DNA of 18,623 nucleotides from Candidatus Hydrogenedentota bacterium (GCA_045863295.1 BTWA01000063.1:1-18623), one strand, 5' to 3'. Counted from the first letter of the stretch, positions 1 to 9,470 are shown. The notes: generated from the sequence alone by a model not told the origin. Numbers and translations are program-made.

Positions 1-7
1 TAGATCT

Positions 8-45
8 CATGACCACAGTATATCACCGTAGGCATAATAAGTTAA
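8..45 (-). promoter_or_regulatory. Sigma70-like promoter (TTAACT-N17-TATACT with TGn extension) and an ATG 6 nt downstream; probable leaderless start of a gene leaving the window
   Basis: Reverse complement of 1-45 reads TTAACT-TATTATGCCTACGGTGA-TATACT-GTGGTC-ATG AGA TCT. There is no room for an RBS. Confidence 0.5.
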
Positions 46-74
46 AGCAGTCTAGCCCAAACTATTCTGAGTGA

Positions 75-139
75 GCATTTTGCACCACGGAGACTGTACT
101 TCAGTCTTTCACGCACGCCTTAAGCGTGGTGCAAAATGC
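75..139. repeat. Perfect 15-bp inverted repeat with an internal hairpin (MITE-like or IS-end remnant)
   Basis: GCATTTTGCACCACG (75-89) pairs with CGTGGTGCAAAATGC (125-139). Inner hairpin AGACTG-TACTT-CAGTCT at 91-107. Confidence 0.7.
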
Positions 140-162
140 GGGCTACTGTTGCGCCCTGCCTG

Positions 163-204
163 AAAAAACACGTAGGGCATTCGGCCGTCCGCCGAATGCC
201 CTAC
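163..204 (-). terminator. Rho-independent terminator of the nrdAB-orf operon
   Basis: 14-bp perfect stem GTAGGGCATTCGGC (172-185) / GCCGAATGCCCTAC (191-204), followed on the minus strand by GTGTTTTTT; 37 nt past the stop at 242. Confidence 0.75.
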
Positions 205-241
205 CCCACATATCAACGCTCAGATGCGTTTTAGGATGATG

Positions 242-571
242 TTAAAGTGCTCGTGTCAAGCGGGCCACCGCCGCTATCACTCCCAATGCGCCAAGGATCA
301 GCGCTATCCAATAAAACGCGACGCCAATCGCGTTACCCCGGTCCAATTGTTCAAAGCACCGGTCGCACCAGCAACCGGTAAACGGCCGTGGTCCAGGATA
401 AGGCCGCGTATGCCCCGGCGAACCGCACACGTCACAGAAACCGCAATATCCCCGTGGCACGCCTTCACTTTCCAAGGACTCCACATTGTCCCGCCACAGG
501 AAGCAATAGCACCCTCTCGACTCGGCATGCCTCACGATATCGGCCAGTGACGGGTCCGGTTCATCCGCCAA
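242..571 (-). CDS. Small Cys-rich hypothetical protein with C-terminal transmembrane helix
   Basis: TTG start 14 nt after the nrdB stop with AAGGTG upstream. Motifs CYC, CGFCDVC..GH and CWCDRC; hydrophobic C-terminus AIGVAFYWIALILGALGVIAAV; followed by the terminator. Confidence 0.7.
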   Translation of the reverse strand: MADEPDPSLADIVRHAESRGCYCFLWRDNVESLESEGVPRGYCGFCDVCGSPGHTRPYPGPRPFTGCWCDRCFEQLDRGNAIGVAFYWIALILGALGVIAAVARLTRAL

Positions 572-585
572 CGCGAGTCACCTTG

Positions 586-1650
586 TTACCACTCCAACGC
601 ACCGGCCGTCTGATACTCGATTACACGCGTCTCGAAGAAATTCTTCTCTTTGGCCAAATCCATGGTCTCGCTCATCCAGGGAAATGGATTCTTCGAATGG
701 TACTTGGCTTTCAGGCCAATGCGTTCCATCCGCCGGTCCGCGATGTACTGCACATACTCGCGGAAGAGCCCCGCATTCAACCCAAGTATGCCCCGCGGCA
801 GACAATCCTCCGCATACCGAATCTCATACTCCACCGCTTCCTCGATCATCGCGCGAATCTCGTTCTCCAATTCCGGCGTCCACGCCAGCGGATTTTCCTC
901 CCGGATGGTGTTGATCAAGTCGACGCCGAAATTCAGGTGAATTGTTTCGTCGCGCAAAATATATTGGAATTGCTGGCCGATGCCTGTCATCCGGTTTTGC
1001 CGGTGGAACGACAGGATCATGACGAATCCGCTGTAGAAGAAGATGCCTTCCATGATTACGTAGAAGCCCACCAGATTCTTGATGAACTGTTGGATGCCTT
1101 CCAGCGTCTCCGTGCTGAAATCCTCGCGAAGCACGTTTTCCGTCAACTTCATCACGAACTGGTCTTTACCCTCAATGGAATCGACCTCGTGATACATGTT
1201 GAACACTTCCCGCGCGTCCAGCCCGAGCGACTCCACGATGTAATGAAACGTGTGCGTGTGCACCGCCTCTTCAAACGCCTGCCGCAACAAATATTGCCGG
1301 GCTTCGGGATTTGTAATGTGTTTGAAGATCGCCAGCACGATGTTGTTGCCCACCAGGCTCTCGCCCGTGCTGAAGAAGCCCAGGTTTCGCATAATCACAC
1401 GCCGCTCATCGTCCGTCAGCAGGTTCGACTTCCACAGCTCGATGTCCTGCTGCATGGGCACTTCCGAAGGCAGCCAATTGTTGTTGCACCCGTTCAGGTA
1501 GTGTTCCCAAGCCCAGTGATACTTCAACGGCATCAACTGGTTCACGTCCACCTGCTTGCAGTTCAGCAAGCGCTTCCGGGTCGGATCGATCCGCTCCGAC
1601 AAATCAAACGGACGCACAGGCTCTCCAGGAACATTGCAGCATGCGGACAT
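586..1650 (-). CDS. nrdB: Ribonucleoside-diphosphate reductase beta subunit, class Ic (R2c) type
   Basis: Ferritin-like ligand motifs [20 protein letters not shown] and RDETIH; C-terminal [23 protein letters not shown]. Confidence 0.97.
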   Translation of the reverse strand: MSACCNVPGEPVRPFDLSERIDPTRKRLLNCKQVDVNQLMPLKYHWAWEHYLNGCNNNWLPSEVPMQQDIELWKSNLLTDDERRVIMRNLGFFSTGESLVGNNIVLAIFKHITNPEARQYLLRQAFEEAVHTHTFHYIVESLGLDAREVFNMYHEVDSIEGKDQFVMKLTENVLREDFSTETLEGIQQFIKNLVGFYVIMEGIFFYSGFVMILSFHRQNRMTGIGQQFQYILRDETIHLNFGVDLINTIREENPLAWTPELENEIRAMIEEAVEYEIRYAEDCLPRGILGLNAGLFREYVQYIADRRMERIGLKAKYHSKNPFPWMSETMDLAKEKNFFETRVIEYQTAGALEW

Positions 1651-1720
1651 GTATGAGTGCCTCCTACGGTTACAGTATTCGCTCTAAATCGAAATCAAGT
1701 GCTTCTATCTAATCCAGCAA

Positions 1721-4558
1721 CTATTGGCACGCTTCGCAATCCGGATCCAGAATGCTGCACGCCTTGCCTACCGCCGTGGCGGGAACAGTCTCTTGCACCT
1801 CGCGGCTCACCTGAATATTGCTTGAGGCCGATTTGCTCTTCATCCAGCGTGGCTGAATGCCGCGCCGGTTGATATCGACGGTCGACTTCTCGACTTGTGT
1901 CGCGGCCAGTGTGCGCAAGTAGTAGGTCGTTTTTAATCCCTTTCGCCACGCAAACTGATACATGTCGCTCAGCGCCCGCCCGCTTGGCGTGGCCAGATAC
2001 AAATTGAGCGACTGCCCCATGTCAATCCATTTCTGGCGGCGGCTCGCGCATTCAATAAGCCACTGCGGCTCGATCTCGAAGGCCGTAAGATATTTCTCCT
2101 TCAAATCGTCCGGTATCCGCTCAATCTCCGAGATAGCTCCGTCGAAATACTTCAGGTCGTCAATCATTTCCTCGTCCCACAGACCACGCGCTTTCAAATC
2201 CTCCACCAGATACGTATTCACCCACGTGAATTCGCCGGACAGATTGGATTTTGCAAAGAGGTGTTTGTAGGCAGGTTCGATCGATTGAAACACGCCGGTA
2301 ATATTCGAGATCGTGGCCGTCGGTGCTATGGCCATCGTATTGCTGTTGCGCATTCCATACAACTTTACCAGTTCACGCGTCGCGTTCCAGTCCATGGTGC
2401 TGGATCGATCCACATCCACATAACCGCCCCGTTCATGGGCCAATTGCGAGATCGTGTCGATGGGCAGCAATCCGCGCGACCACTTCGATCCCGGGTAACT
2501 CGGGTAGGTGCCCCGCTCGCGCGCAAGCTCCGTCGAAGCGACAATCGCATAGAAAGAGATCACTTCCATGCTGCGATCGGCGAAGGCAATGGCGCCGTCG
2601 CTGGCGTAGCCGATGCCCTGTTTATACAGCGCATCCTGAAATCCCATGATGCCAAGGCCGACTGGCCGATGGCGCAGATTTGCCGCGCGCGCCTCCAGCG
2701 TCGGGTAGTAGTTGATGTCAATTACATTGTCAAGCATTCGCACCGCCGTGCGAACGGTTTGCGCAATCAACTCTTCATTCAGTCCGTTTTCGGAGGTGTG
2801 CACCGCAAGATTAATCGAACCCAGGTTGCATACCGCCGTTTCTTCCTGCGAGGTATTCAGAAGGATTTCCGTGCAAAGGTTCGAGCAATGCACCACGCCC
2901 GCATGGTCCTGAGGCGAACGAATGTTGGAAGGGTCCTTGAAGGTAATCCACGGATGCCCCGTTTCGAACAGCATGCTCAGCATTTTTCGCCACAACTGCA
3001 CCGCTTCGACACGCTTAAACTGTTCGATCTCGCCGCGGTCCGCCTTCGCCTCGTATTCAGCATAGCGCTCCGCAAACGCACGGCCGTACAAATGATGCAA
3101 ATCGGGCGTTTCGCTCGGGTTGAACAATGTCCAATGCCCATTTTCAATTACGCGCTTGATGAAGAGATCGGGGATCCAATTCGCCGTGTGCATGTCGTGT
3201 GTACGGCGCCGTTCGTCGCCCGTATTCTTGCGCAGATCAAGAAAATCTTCGATATCAAGGTGCCACGTCTCCAAGTACGCGCACATCGCGCCTTTACGCT
3301 TGCCACCCTGGTTTACGGCCACCGCCGTGTCGTTCGCTACTTTCAAGAAGGGAATTACGCCCTGACTCCGGCCATTCGTGCCTTTGATGTATCCGCCCGT
3401 CGCGCGCACGTTCGTCCAATCGTTTCCGAGTCCGCCGGCCCACTTCGATAGACGCGCGTCGTCGCCGATGACTTTGAAAATATGTTCCAAGTCGTCTTCG
3501 ATCGTGGAGAGATAGCACGAACTGAGCTGCGGATGAAGCGTGCCCGCATTAAAGAGTGTTGGCGTGGAGGAGGTGAACAAGAAGCGCGAAAGCACATCGT
3601 AAAAATCGACGGCCCGTTCGTTCTTCTGCTCGCCTTCGTTGATTGCAAGGCCCATCGCCACGCGCATCCAGAAATACTGCGGCGATTCGATCCGACGTTC
3701 CTTGTCGTGAATCAGATACCGATCGTACAGCGTCTGAAGTCCCATGTACGTGAACAGTCCATCGCGCGAAAAATCCAAAGCATCCGCCAGCTTCGGCAAA
3801 TCAAATCCCGCCAGTGCGGGAGACAACCGCTCCAGACGGATGCCTTCTTCAATGTAATGGGAAAAATGGGCGCGCTGTTTGGTTTCCGCGGACCCCACTT
3901 CATATTCCGCGGGCAAGACCTCGCTGTATATCGTCACCAGCAGCACGCGCGCCGCCACGTAACTGTACGCCGGATCCCGTTCGATCCGCCCGCGTGCCGC
4001 GAAGATAATCGCCTTCTCGATTTCCGTCGCCGTGATGCCGTCGTACAACGTCACGATGACTTCGTCAAACAGGTTTTGGGCGGAAACCAGTTCCTCGAAT
4101 CCCTTGCACGCCTCGATAATCCTGCGCCGTATGGAATCCGGGTCCAGCGGTTTGCGCGTCCCATCCGGTAGCGACAGGTGAAGTTTGGCCTGGGGAGCCC
4201 CTTTAAGATCCGTTTCCCCACGCAACGCCCGCGCCTTTTTGCGCTCTTCTCGATAGACGATATAGCGGCGGGCGACCGAATAGTGCCCATGTTTCATCAG
4301 CGTCTGTTCGACCGTATCCTGGATGCGTTCGATTTCCAGCGTGTCTCCTACCAGCGCCTGTTTTAGTACACTGGCTACCACACTGTCTGAAATGGACCGC
4401 ACCTGTGCCTGGGTGTCCGGGTCGAGATGCCCTTCTTTGGGGATGGCCGAATCGGCCTTGAACGCCGCTTCAATTGCCCGGTAAATCCGGTCGGGTTCGA
4501 AATTCGCCGAACGCCCGTCGCGCTTTTGCACCGAATAAGCCGCATGGGGTTCAATCAC
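1721..4558 (-). CDS. nrdA: Ribonucleoside-diphosphate reductase alpha subunit with two N-terminal ATP-cone-like domains
   Basis: Motifs [33 protein letters not shown] and C-terminal CEAC. N-terminal VQKRDG cone plus a second [10 protein letters not shown] cone. GTG start with RBS AAGGAGG. Confidence 0.97.
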   Translation of the reverse strand: MIEPHAAYSVQKRDGRSANFEPDRIYRAIEAAFKADSAIPKEGHLDPDTQAQVRSISDSVVASVLKQALVGDTLEIERIQDTVEQTLMKHGHYSVARRYIVYREERKKARALRGETDLKGAPQAKLHLSLPDGTRKPLDPDSIRRRIIEACKGFEELVSAQNLFDEVIVTLYDGITATEIEKAIIFAARGRIERDPAYSYVAARVLLVTIYSEVLPAEYEVGSAETKQRAHFSHYIEEGIRLERLSPALAGFDLPKLADALDFSRDGLFTYMGLQTLYDRYLIHDKERRIESPQYFWMRVAMGLAINEGEQKNERAVDFYDVLSRFLFTSSTPTLFNAGTLHPQLSSCYLSTIEDDLEHIFKVIGDDARLSKWAGGLGNDWTNVRATGGYIKGTNGRSQGVIPFLKVANDTAVAVNQGGKRKGAMCAYLETWHLDIEDFLDLRKNTGDERRRTHDMHTANWIPDLFIKRVIENGHWTLFNPSETPDLHHLYGRAFAERYAEYEAKADRGEIEQFKRVEAVQLWRKMLSMLFETGHPWITFKDPSNIRSPQDHAGVVHCSNLCTEILLNTSQEETAVCNLGSINLAVHTSENGLNEELIAQTVRTAVRMLDNVIDINYYPTLEARAANLRHRPVGLGIMGFQDALYKQGIGYASDGAIAFADRSMEVISFYAIVASTELARERGTYPSYPGSKWSRGLLPIDTISQLAHERGGYVDVDRSSTMDWNATRELVKLYGMRNSNTMAIAPTATISNITGVFQSIEPAYKHLFAKSNLSGEFTWVNTYLVEDLKARGLWDEEMIDDLKYFDGAISEIERIPDDLKEKYLTAFEIEPQWLIECASRRQKWIDMGQSLNLYLATPSGRALSDMYQFAWRKGLKTTYYLRTLAATQVEKSTVDINRRGIQPRWMKSKSASSNIQVSREVQETVPATAVGKACSILDPDCEACQ

Positions 4559-4890
4559 GTGGTCCGCCCTCCTTCACGCTTGCTATCAGAAAACGAGGCC
4601 CCTACTGCCCCGATCTTGGCTCAATTGCGCGGCACGGGATTTGCCCACGGAAATTCGAAAAAAACCGGAGCCCAGGATTGGGTCCCAACGGAATCTGCGC
4701 CACCACCAGACTGGCCCTGCCCGAACCAGACGGGCTCTCCCGCCGTACCGCATTCAACTCACAAAACGGCGCGAACGCCGTCAAATTGCTCCCAAGAACT
4801 GGCCCCACGCCCTACCGCCGGGCCCCACGTAACCTAGGCGGCAAATCCGGTTAGAAGTTGGTTAGCCTGCCGCTCTCAATGAGGTGATAC

Positions 4891-4937
4891 ACACAATATC
4901 GTGTGGTATGAAAAAAAGTCAATACCAAATTTAGCGC
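4891..4937. promoter_or_regulatory. Tandem NrdR boxes
   Basis: ACACAATATCGTGTGG (4891-4906; 13/16 to consensus acaCwAtATaTwGtgt) and ATACCAAATTTAGCGC (4922-4937; keeps the C-A-AT-T-G core). Starts are 31 bp apart, upstream of nrdA. Confidence 0.8.
4893..4922 (-). promoter_or_regulatory. Putative sigma70 promoter of nrdAB
   Basis: Minus strand TTGACT (4922-4917)-N18-TATTGT (4898-4893). The -10 lies inside the first NrdR box and the -35 abuts the second. Confidence 0.6.
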
Positions 4938-5091
4938 ATCCGGTTTTTCGAGGAGTTCTTGTCGTTCGACGTCACAATGCGCAATTTTCTTCTTGATCAT
5001 GTCAATAGATCCCCAAAAATGCCCGTCACCTGAGATGACTCTTGCCACACTTTTCGGACCCTTTTCACCAGTGGCCTTTTCCCTTGCTTTT

Positions 5092-5140
5092 TTGACTCCC
5101 GTCACGCTGTTCAGGAATAATGACTTACCCGGTCATGAAT
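5092..5140 (+). promoter_or_regulatory. Putative promoter and palindromic Rrf2-type operator
   Basis: TTGACT (5092-5097)-N18-AATAAT (5116-5121), followed by palindrome ATGAC-TTACCCG-GTCAT (5120-5136), resembling the GACT-N5-AGTC core of IscR type 1 sites. Confidence 0.6.
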
Positions 5141-5199
5141 GAGACGTTTTGGTGGATCTCGGATCACGCCGTCAAGCCAGACCGCGTATAGGAAGCCGA

Positions 5200-5613
5200 A
5201 TGAACATCTCATCCCGATGTGAATACGCGTGCAGAGCCATGGTGGAACTGTCTGCTCACGAGCAGAACGTGCAACCTCTGCCAGCGACGATCATCGCCGA
5301 GCGCCGGGCCATTCCGGAAAAGTACTTGGTCCATATCCTGCTGCAGCTCAAGCGGGCAGGCTTGGTGCGCAGCGTGCGCGGGGCGCAAGGGGGATATTTC
5401 CTGGCCCGTGCCGCTGACCAGATAACGCTGTTCGACGTGGTCCGGGCCATAGACGGCGCGGTGCTGGACCCGCTCCCGGTAGAAGATGCCGAGAGCACGG
5501 TGCTCGCCCCTGCGTGGCGCGAAGTCGCGACCGGGGTAGAAAAGGTACTTACGGAATATACTTTTCGCGATTTGTTGGAACGGTCCGCCAAGGCGCATAT
5601 GTACTATATTTAG
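5200..5613 (+). CDS. Rrf2 family transcriptional regulator, CymR-like (no C-terminal Fe-S cysteine triad)
   Basis: MNISSRCEYACRAMVEL, IPEKYLVHILLQLKRAGLVRSVRGAQGGYFLAR and C-terminus MYYI. ATG 5200 matches the usual Rrf2 N-terminus. Confidence 0.93.
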   Translation: MNISSRCEYACRAMVELSAHEQNVQPLPATIIAERRAIPEKYLVHILLQLKRAGLVRSVRGAQGGYFLARAADQITLFDVVRAIDGAVLDPLPVEDAESTVLAPAWREVATGVEKVLTEYTFRDLLERSAKAHMYYI

Positions 5614-5667
5614 CGAACGCTGCGGCGCCCAATCTGCCGTACATTGTACGAATTGAGGATAGGAAAC

Positions 5668-6945
5668 ATGTCCATCGCACACGAAGGCGAACCCAAGGCG
5701 AACGAATGGCGCAAGCGGTACGACGCGGTCATCGGATTGGGATTGAATACCTATACGCCCACTCAGGCCGTGGTGGATTCCGCGCAAGGGTATCGTCTGA
5801 AAACGGTCGATGGCAAGGAGCTTATTGATTTTGCCGCAGGCGTGTTGGTGGCCAATCTCGGCCACAACCATCCGCTGTTTGAAGAGCGCTACCGCCATTA
5901 TGCCGCGCGCCTGCCTCGAACGGCATACAACCTGATTGCGCCAATTGTGGCCGAAGCGTCCGAAAGGCTCGTGGCATCGATGAAAGCCAACCCAAAGGCG
6001 CAAAAAGTGCTCTGGGCCGCCAGCGGATCGGAAGGCATCCAAAAGGCCATGTGGTGCGCCATGCACAAGCATCCCAATCGGCCCATTCTCGCTGCAACGC
6101 GCGGCGGATTTCACGGCAAGAAAGGGTTGGCCGGCGACGTAACTGGTGAAACCAGCCAGAACCCCAATGTCCGGTTCGTTTCATTTCCGTTGGACGACGA
6201 CAAGCCCGAATCGTTCTACCGGGATGAACTGGAAGCCCTCTGGAAATCAGAGAATGGCAAGATTGCACTTCTGATCACGGAGCCCTATCTTGGCGCGAAA
6301 GGGTCGTTTCATCCACCGGTGTGGTATCACAAGCTGCTGCAATCGTGGTGCGAATCCCACGACATTGCGCTAATCTTTGATGAGGTGCAGGCCTGTCACG
6401 GCCGCACCGGGAACATGTACGCCTTTGAGTCCTACGAGATTCAGCCCGATCTGGTAGTGCTCGGCAAAGGACTCGCCAACGGCGAACCCGCGGCCGCTGT
6501 AGTGGGCCGAGCCGATCTTATCGATACACTGACTTACGGCGAAGCCTCCGATACATTCAGCGCCACACCCCGGGCGGCGGCGGCGGTATGCGCTACGTTT
6601 GACGTGTTTGACCGCGAGCAAATCGTGGAACATGCCAGAAGAATAGCCGTGCCGTTGCGCGAGGGATTGCATCGCCTGAAGGATCAGTTTCCGTTTGTAG
6701 CCGCCGTGCGCGGCGAAGGACTCGTCTATGGTATCGAAATGTCCGATGCCGAAACCGCCACCCGTTGCGTGTTGGAAGCCTACCGCGGTGACGGAACTAC
6801 CGGCGTCCACTTCTTGGGGCCGCTTGCACAGAAAGTGCTCCGAGTCAGCCCACCGTTGATCATTGACGAAGCGGGCCTCGATCAAGCATTCGGCATGCTC
6901 GAGACAGCGTGGGCGCGTGTCTCACTTCAGGCCGCCACATTCTAA
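5668..6945 (+). CDS. Class III PLP-dependent aminotransferase
   Basis: Motifs DFAAGVLVANLGH, SGSEG, FHG, LIFDEVQ..GRTG and PLP lysine in LGKGLANG. ATG 5668 follows GAGGATAGGA. Confidence 0.93.
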   Translation: MSIAHEGEPKANEWRKRYDAVIGLGLNTYTPTQAVVDSAQGYRLKTVDGKELIDFAAGVLVANLGHNHPLFEERYRHYAARLPRTAYNLIAPIVAEASERLVASMKANPKAQKVLWAASGSEGIQKAMWCAMHKHPNRPILAATRGGFHGKKGLAGDVTGETSQNPNVRFVSFPLDDDKPESFYRDELEALWKSENGKIALLITEPYLGAKGSFHPPVWYHKLLQSWCESHDIALIFDEVQACHGRTGNMYAFESYEIQPDLVVLGKGLANGEPAAAVVGRADLIDTLTYGEASDTFSATPRAAAAVCATFDVFDREQIVEHARRIAVPLREGLHRLKDQFPFVAAVRGEGLVYGIEMSDAETATRCVLEAYRGDGTTGVHFLGPLAQKVLRVSPPLIIDEAGLDQAFGMLETAWARVSLQAATF

Positions 6946-7079
6946 TTAGTGAGTGCTTTTCGCACCCGGTAGCGTGTGTTATACTGAGAGCTTCGGTCAC
7001 GTAGAATTTGTTTCGATTGGGCAAGGCGGCGACTCTCCAGTCGTGCAATCGGAACGTCCCCGACTGCGATGCCGCGTAA

Positions 7080-9470
7080 ATGGGCCTTTTTTGGGCAAAA
7101 CTGGGCATGGTCGATAAGGTGCAATGCCGCAGTGACGAAGCCGCACCGCGCGGAAACCCCGCGCAGGGCGGAACGCCCGACGCCGATGATAATAGTATCC
7201 GCAATAGTACTATTGCAGACCAACAACCCGATTCCCCCGGTGTACTATTTGAACGAAATCCAGCCCCCATGTGGATCTGCGACCCCGAAACACTTACCGC
7301 GCTCGCAGTAAATGCCGCCGCCCTGCAAAGGTACGCCTGCGGGCGGGATGCATTTCTGAAACTGACTCCGCAGGACTTCTTCCCAGCTGACGACCGGCGC
7401 TCCATTGCACAGTTTATCCGGCACCTCCGCGAGACGGTTGAAACGTCGGCCGTATATTCGATTAAGAATCTGTCGGACCAGACGATGGACGTTGAAATCT
7501 GCATGCAAACCGCGAATTTCAACGGGCGGCCCGCGCGTTGGGTTATGGTTATCGATTCATCTCTTCCGATCGGATCAAGCCGGGACTCCGATATAGCCGG
7601 ATCCAACCTCGCTTCGGCGCTTGAGACGGTACGCGAAGTAGTCTGGTCGTTCGATCTCGCGGGCGGTTTGAGCTACCTCAGCCCGGCCGCCGAATGGCTG
7701 TACGGACGCCCCTTGGATGCGCTTCGATCCGAACCGCAATTCTGGATTGATGCCGTGCATCCGGACGATCGGCCTTATGTGGATGCGGCCCTCGCCGAAC
7801 TCAATGAGAAAGGCGAGAAGGAGTTGGTTTACCGCATCATTCGGGGCGATGGTTCCATCGTGTGGGTTCACGACCGAGGCTGGACAATTCGCAACGATCG
7901 TGGAGAACCGATCCGTCACGCCGGCATCGTGCGCGACATCACTGAAAAACACCATACCGAAGTGCGCCTCTGGCTGCTTGCGGAAGCCATGGAGCAGGTC
8001 GCGGAATCGGTGGTCATCACGGATCGATCAGGTGTTATTCAATATGTCAACCCGGCCTTTACATCGAATTCCGGCTATGAGGCCAGCGAAGTGATCGGTC
8101 AGAATCCGCGAATCCTGAAAAGCGGCGAGCAATCGCCCGCTGTGTATGAATCCATGTGGCGGACGATTTCCTCAGGCGGGGTGTGGACCGGTCACCTTAT
8201 CAATAAGCGAAAAGACGGCTCTCTATACACCGAAGAAGTTTCCATATCGCCCATACGGAACGACCGCAGCGAGATTGACCATTACGTGGCCGTCAAACGA
8301 AATATTACGCACGAACTGGAACTCGAGGCGCAATTTCTACAAGCACAAAAGATGGAAGCGGTCGGAAGGCTCGCAGGCGGCGTCGCGCACGACTTCAACA
8401 ACCTGCTTGGCGTCATTGTCGGCTATTCCGATCTCATCGATGCCGAATTGCCCGACGAGAGCCCATTGAAGGAAGAGATTGGGTGCATACGCGACGCGGC
8501 CTATCGTTCGCGAGATATCACGCGTCAATTGCTCGCCTTCTCGCGCAAACAAATCATTCTTCCTGAGCCTTTAAATCTCAATGAACACATCGCCGTTACG
8601 CAAAAAACGCTCATGCGATTAATTGGCGAAGACATCGAATTGAAATTTAAACCGTATCCCGATCTCTGGACCGTTTACTTCGATGCGTCGCAACTGGATC
8701 AGGTGTTGCTCAATTTGGCTGTGAACGCGCGGGACGCCATGCCTCAGGGCGGAGCCATTACCGTGGTGACGTCCAATCAAACGTTGACTGAAGCAGACGC
8801 GGAATCGATTCCCCTTGCCGCCGCCGGCGATTACGTCAGTCTCGTATTCTCGGACAACGGCTCAGGCATAGACGCCGATGTTCTCGATCATATCTTCGAA
8901 CCCTTCTTCACCACGAAGGAAGCAGGAAAAGGAACCGGGTTGGGTTTGGCAACTGTCTACGGCATCGTTACCCAATGCAAAGGGTTCATTCTGGTGGAAA
9001 GTCAGCTAGGATCGGGAACCTCCTTTCAAATCTCTCTCCCTCGTCACACGAAAGGTTCCATCGCACACACCAAACACACAGAAGCTCCTCCCGCGACTGG
9101 GAGCGGCGTGGTCCTCATCGCGGATGACAATCCCTTGGTACGTAAGATGGCCAAGTCCATGCTTACGCGCCTTGGCTACACCGCCTACGACGGCGAATCG
9201 CCCGAAGAGTTGCTTCACTTCAGTTCCACCCACGAGGGCAAGATCGATTTGCTCTTGACCGACGTAGTTATGCCCGGAATGAGTGGCAAAGAGCTGGCGG
9301 ACCGGCTCCAGGCGCAAAGGCCTGATCTGCGTGTCATATTCATGAGCGGCTATACCTCGGACACCATTGCATTGCATGGCGTGCTCCAGGATGGCATCCA
9401 CCATCTGCAGAAACCCTTCACCCAGAAGGACTTGACCAAAAAGATTCACGAGTTGCTGGGCGTGGACTAA
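7080..9470 (+). CDS. Cytoplasmic PAS-domain hybrid sensor histidine kinase/receiver (CckA-like architecture); start uncertain
   Basis: Three PAS-like segments, H-box AHDFNNLL, NLAVNARDAM, DNGSG, FEPFFTTK..GTGLGL, and a receiver domain (LLLTDVVMP, MSGY, QKPF). Confidence 0.92.
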   Translation: MGLFWAKLGMVDKVQCRSDEAAPRGNPAQGGTPDADDNSIRNSTIADQQPDSPGVLFERNPAPMWICDPETLTALAVNAAALQRYACGRDAFLKLTPQDFFPADDRRSIAQFIRHLRETVETSAVYSIKNLSDQTMDVEICMQTANFNGRPARWVMVIDSSLPIGSSRDSDIAGSNLASALETVREVVWSFDLAGGLSYLSPAAEWLYGRPLDALRSEPQFWIDAVHPDDRPYVDAALAELNEKGEKELVYRIIRGDGSIVWVHDRGWTIRNDRGEPIRHAGIVRDITEKHHTEVRLWLLAEAMEQVAESVVITDRSGVIQYVNPAFTSNSGYEASEVIGQNPRILKSGEQSPAVYESMWRTISSGGVWTGHLINKRKDGSLYTEEVSISPIRNDRSEIDHYVAVKRNITHELELEAQFLQAQKMEAVGRLAGGVAHDFNNLLGVIVGYSDLIDAELPDESPLKEEIGCIRDAAYRSRDITRQLLAFSRKQIILPEPLNLNEHIAVTQKTLMRLIGEDIELKFKPYPDLWTVYFDASQLDQVLLNLAVNARDAMPQGGAITVVTSNQTLTEADAESIPLAAAGDYVSLVFSDNGSGIDADVLDHIFEPFFTTKEAGKGTGLGLATVYGIVTQCKGFILVESQLGSGTSFQISLPRHTKGSIAHTKHTEAPPATGSGVVLIADDNPLVRKMAKSMLTRLGYTAYDGESPEELLHFSSTHEGKIDLLLTDVVMPGMSGKELADRLQAQRPDLRVIFMSGYTSDTIALHGVLQDGIHHLQKPFTQKDLTKKIHELLGVD

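Noticed and set aside
172..204. GTAG-type REP element
   Set aside because: It starts with GTAG but is single-copy here with no RAYT gene; its position and U-tract fit a terminator better.
388..4171. Long plus-strand ORFs (388-1656, 2261-3451, 3482-4171)
   Set aside because: Antisense shadows of nrdB and nrdA, expected from GC-rich codon bias; no recognisable motifs.
1721..4558. Intein or intron in nrdA
   Set aside because: Catalytic motifs are contiguous and the extra length is explained by the second ATP cone.
4600..4850. Cobalamin riboswitch before nrdA
   Set aside because: Only a faint GCAAATCCCG...CGCAATTG resemblance; the GGGAA, GCCACTG and B12-box elements are not found in order.
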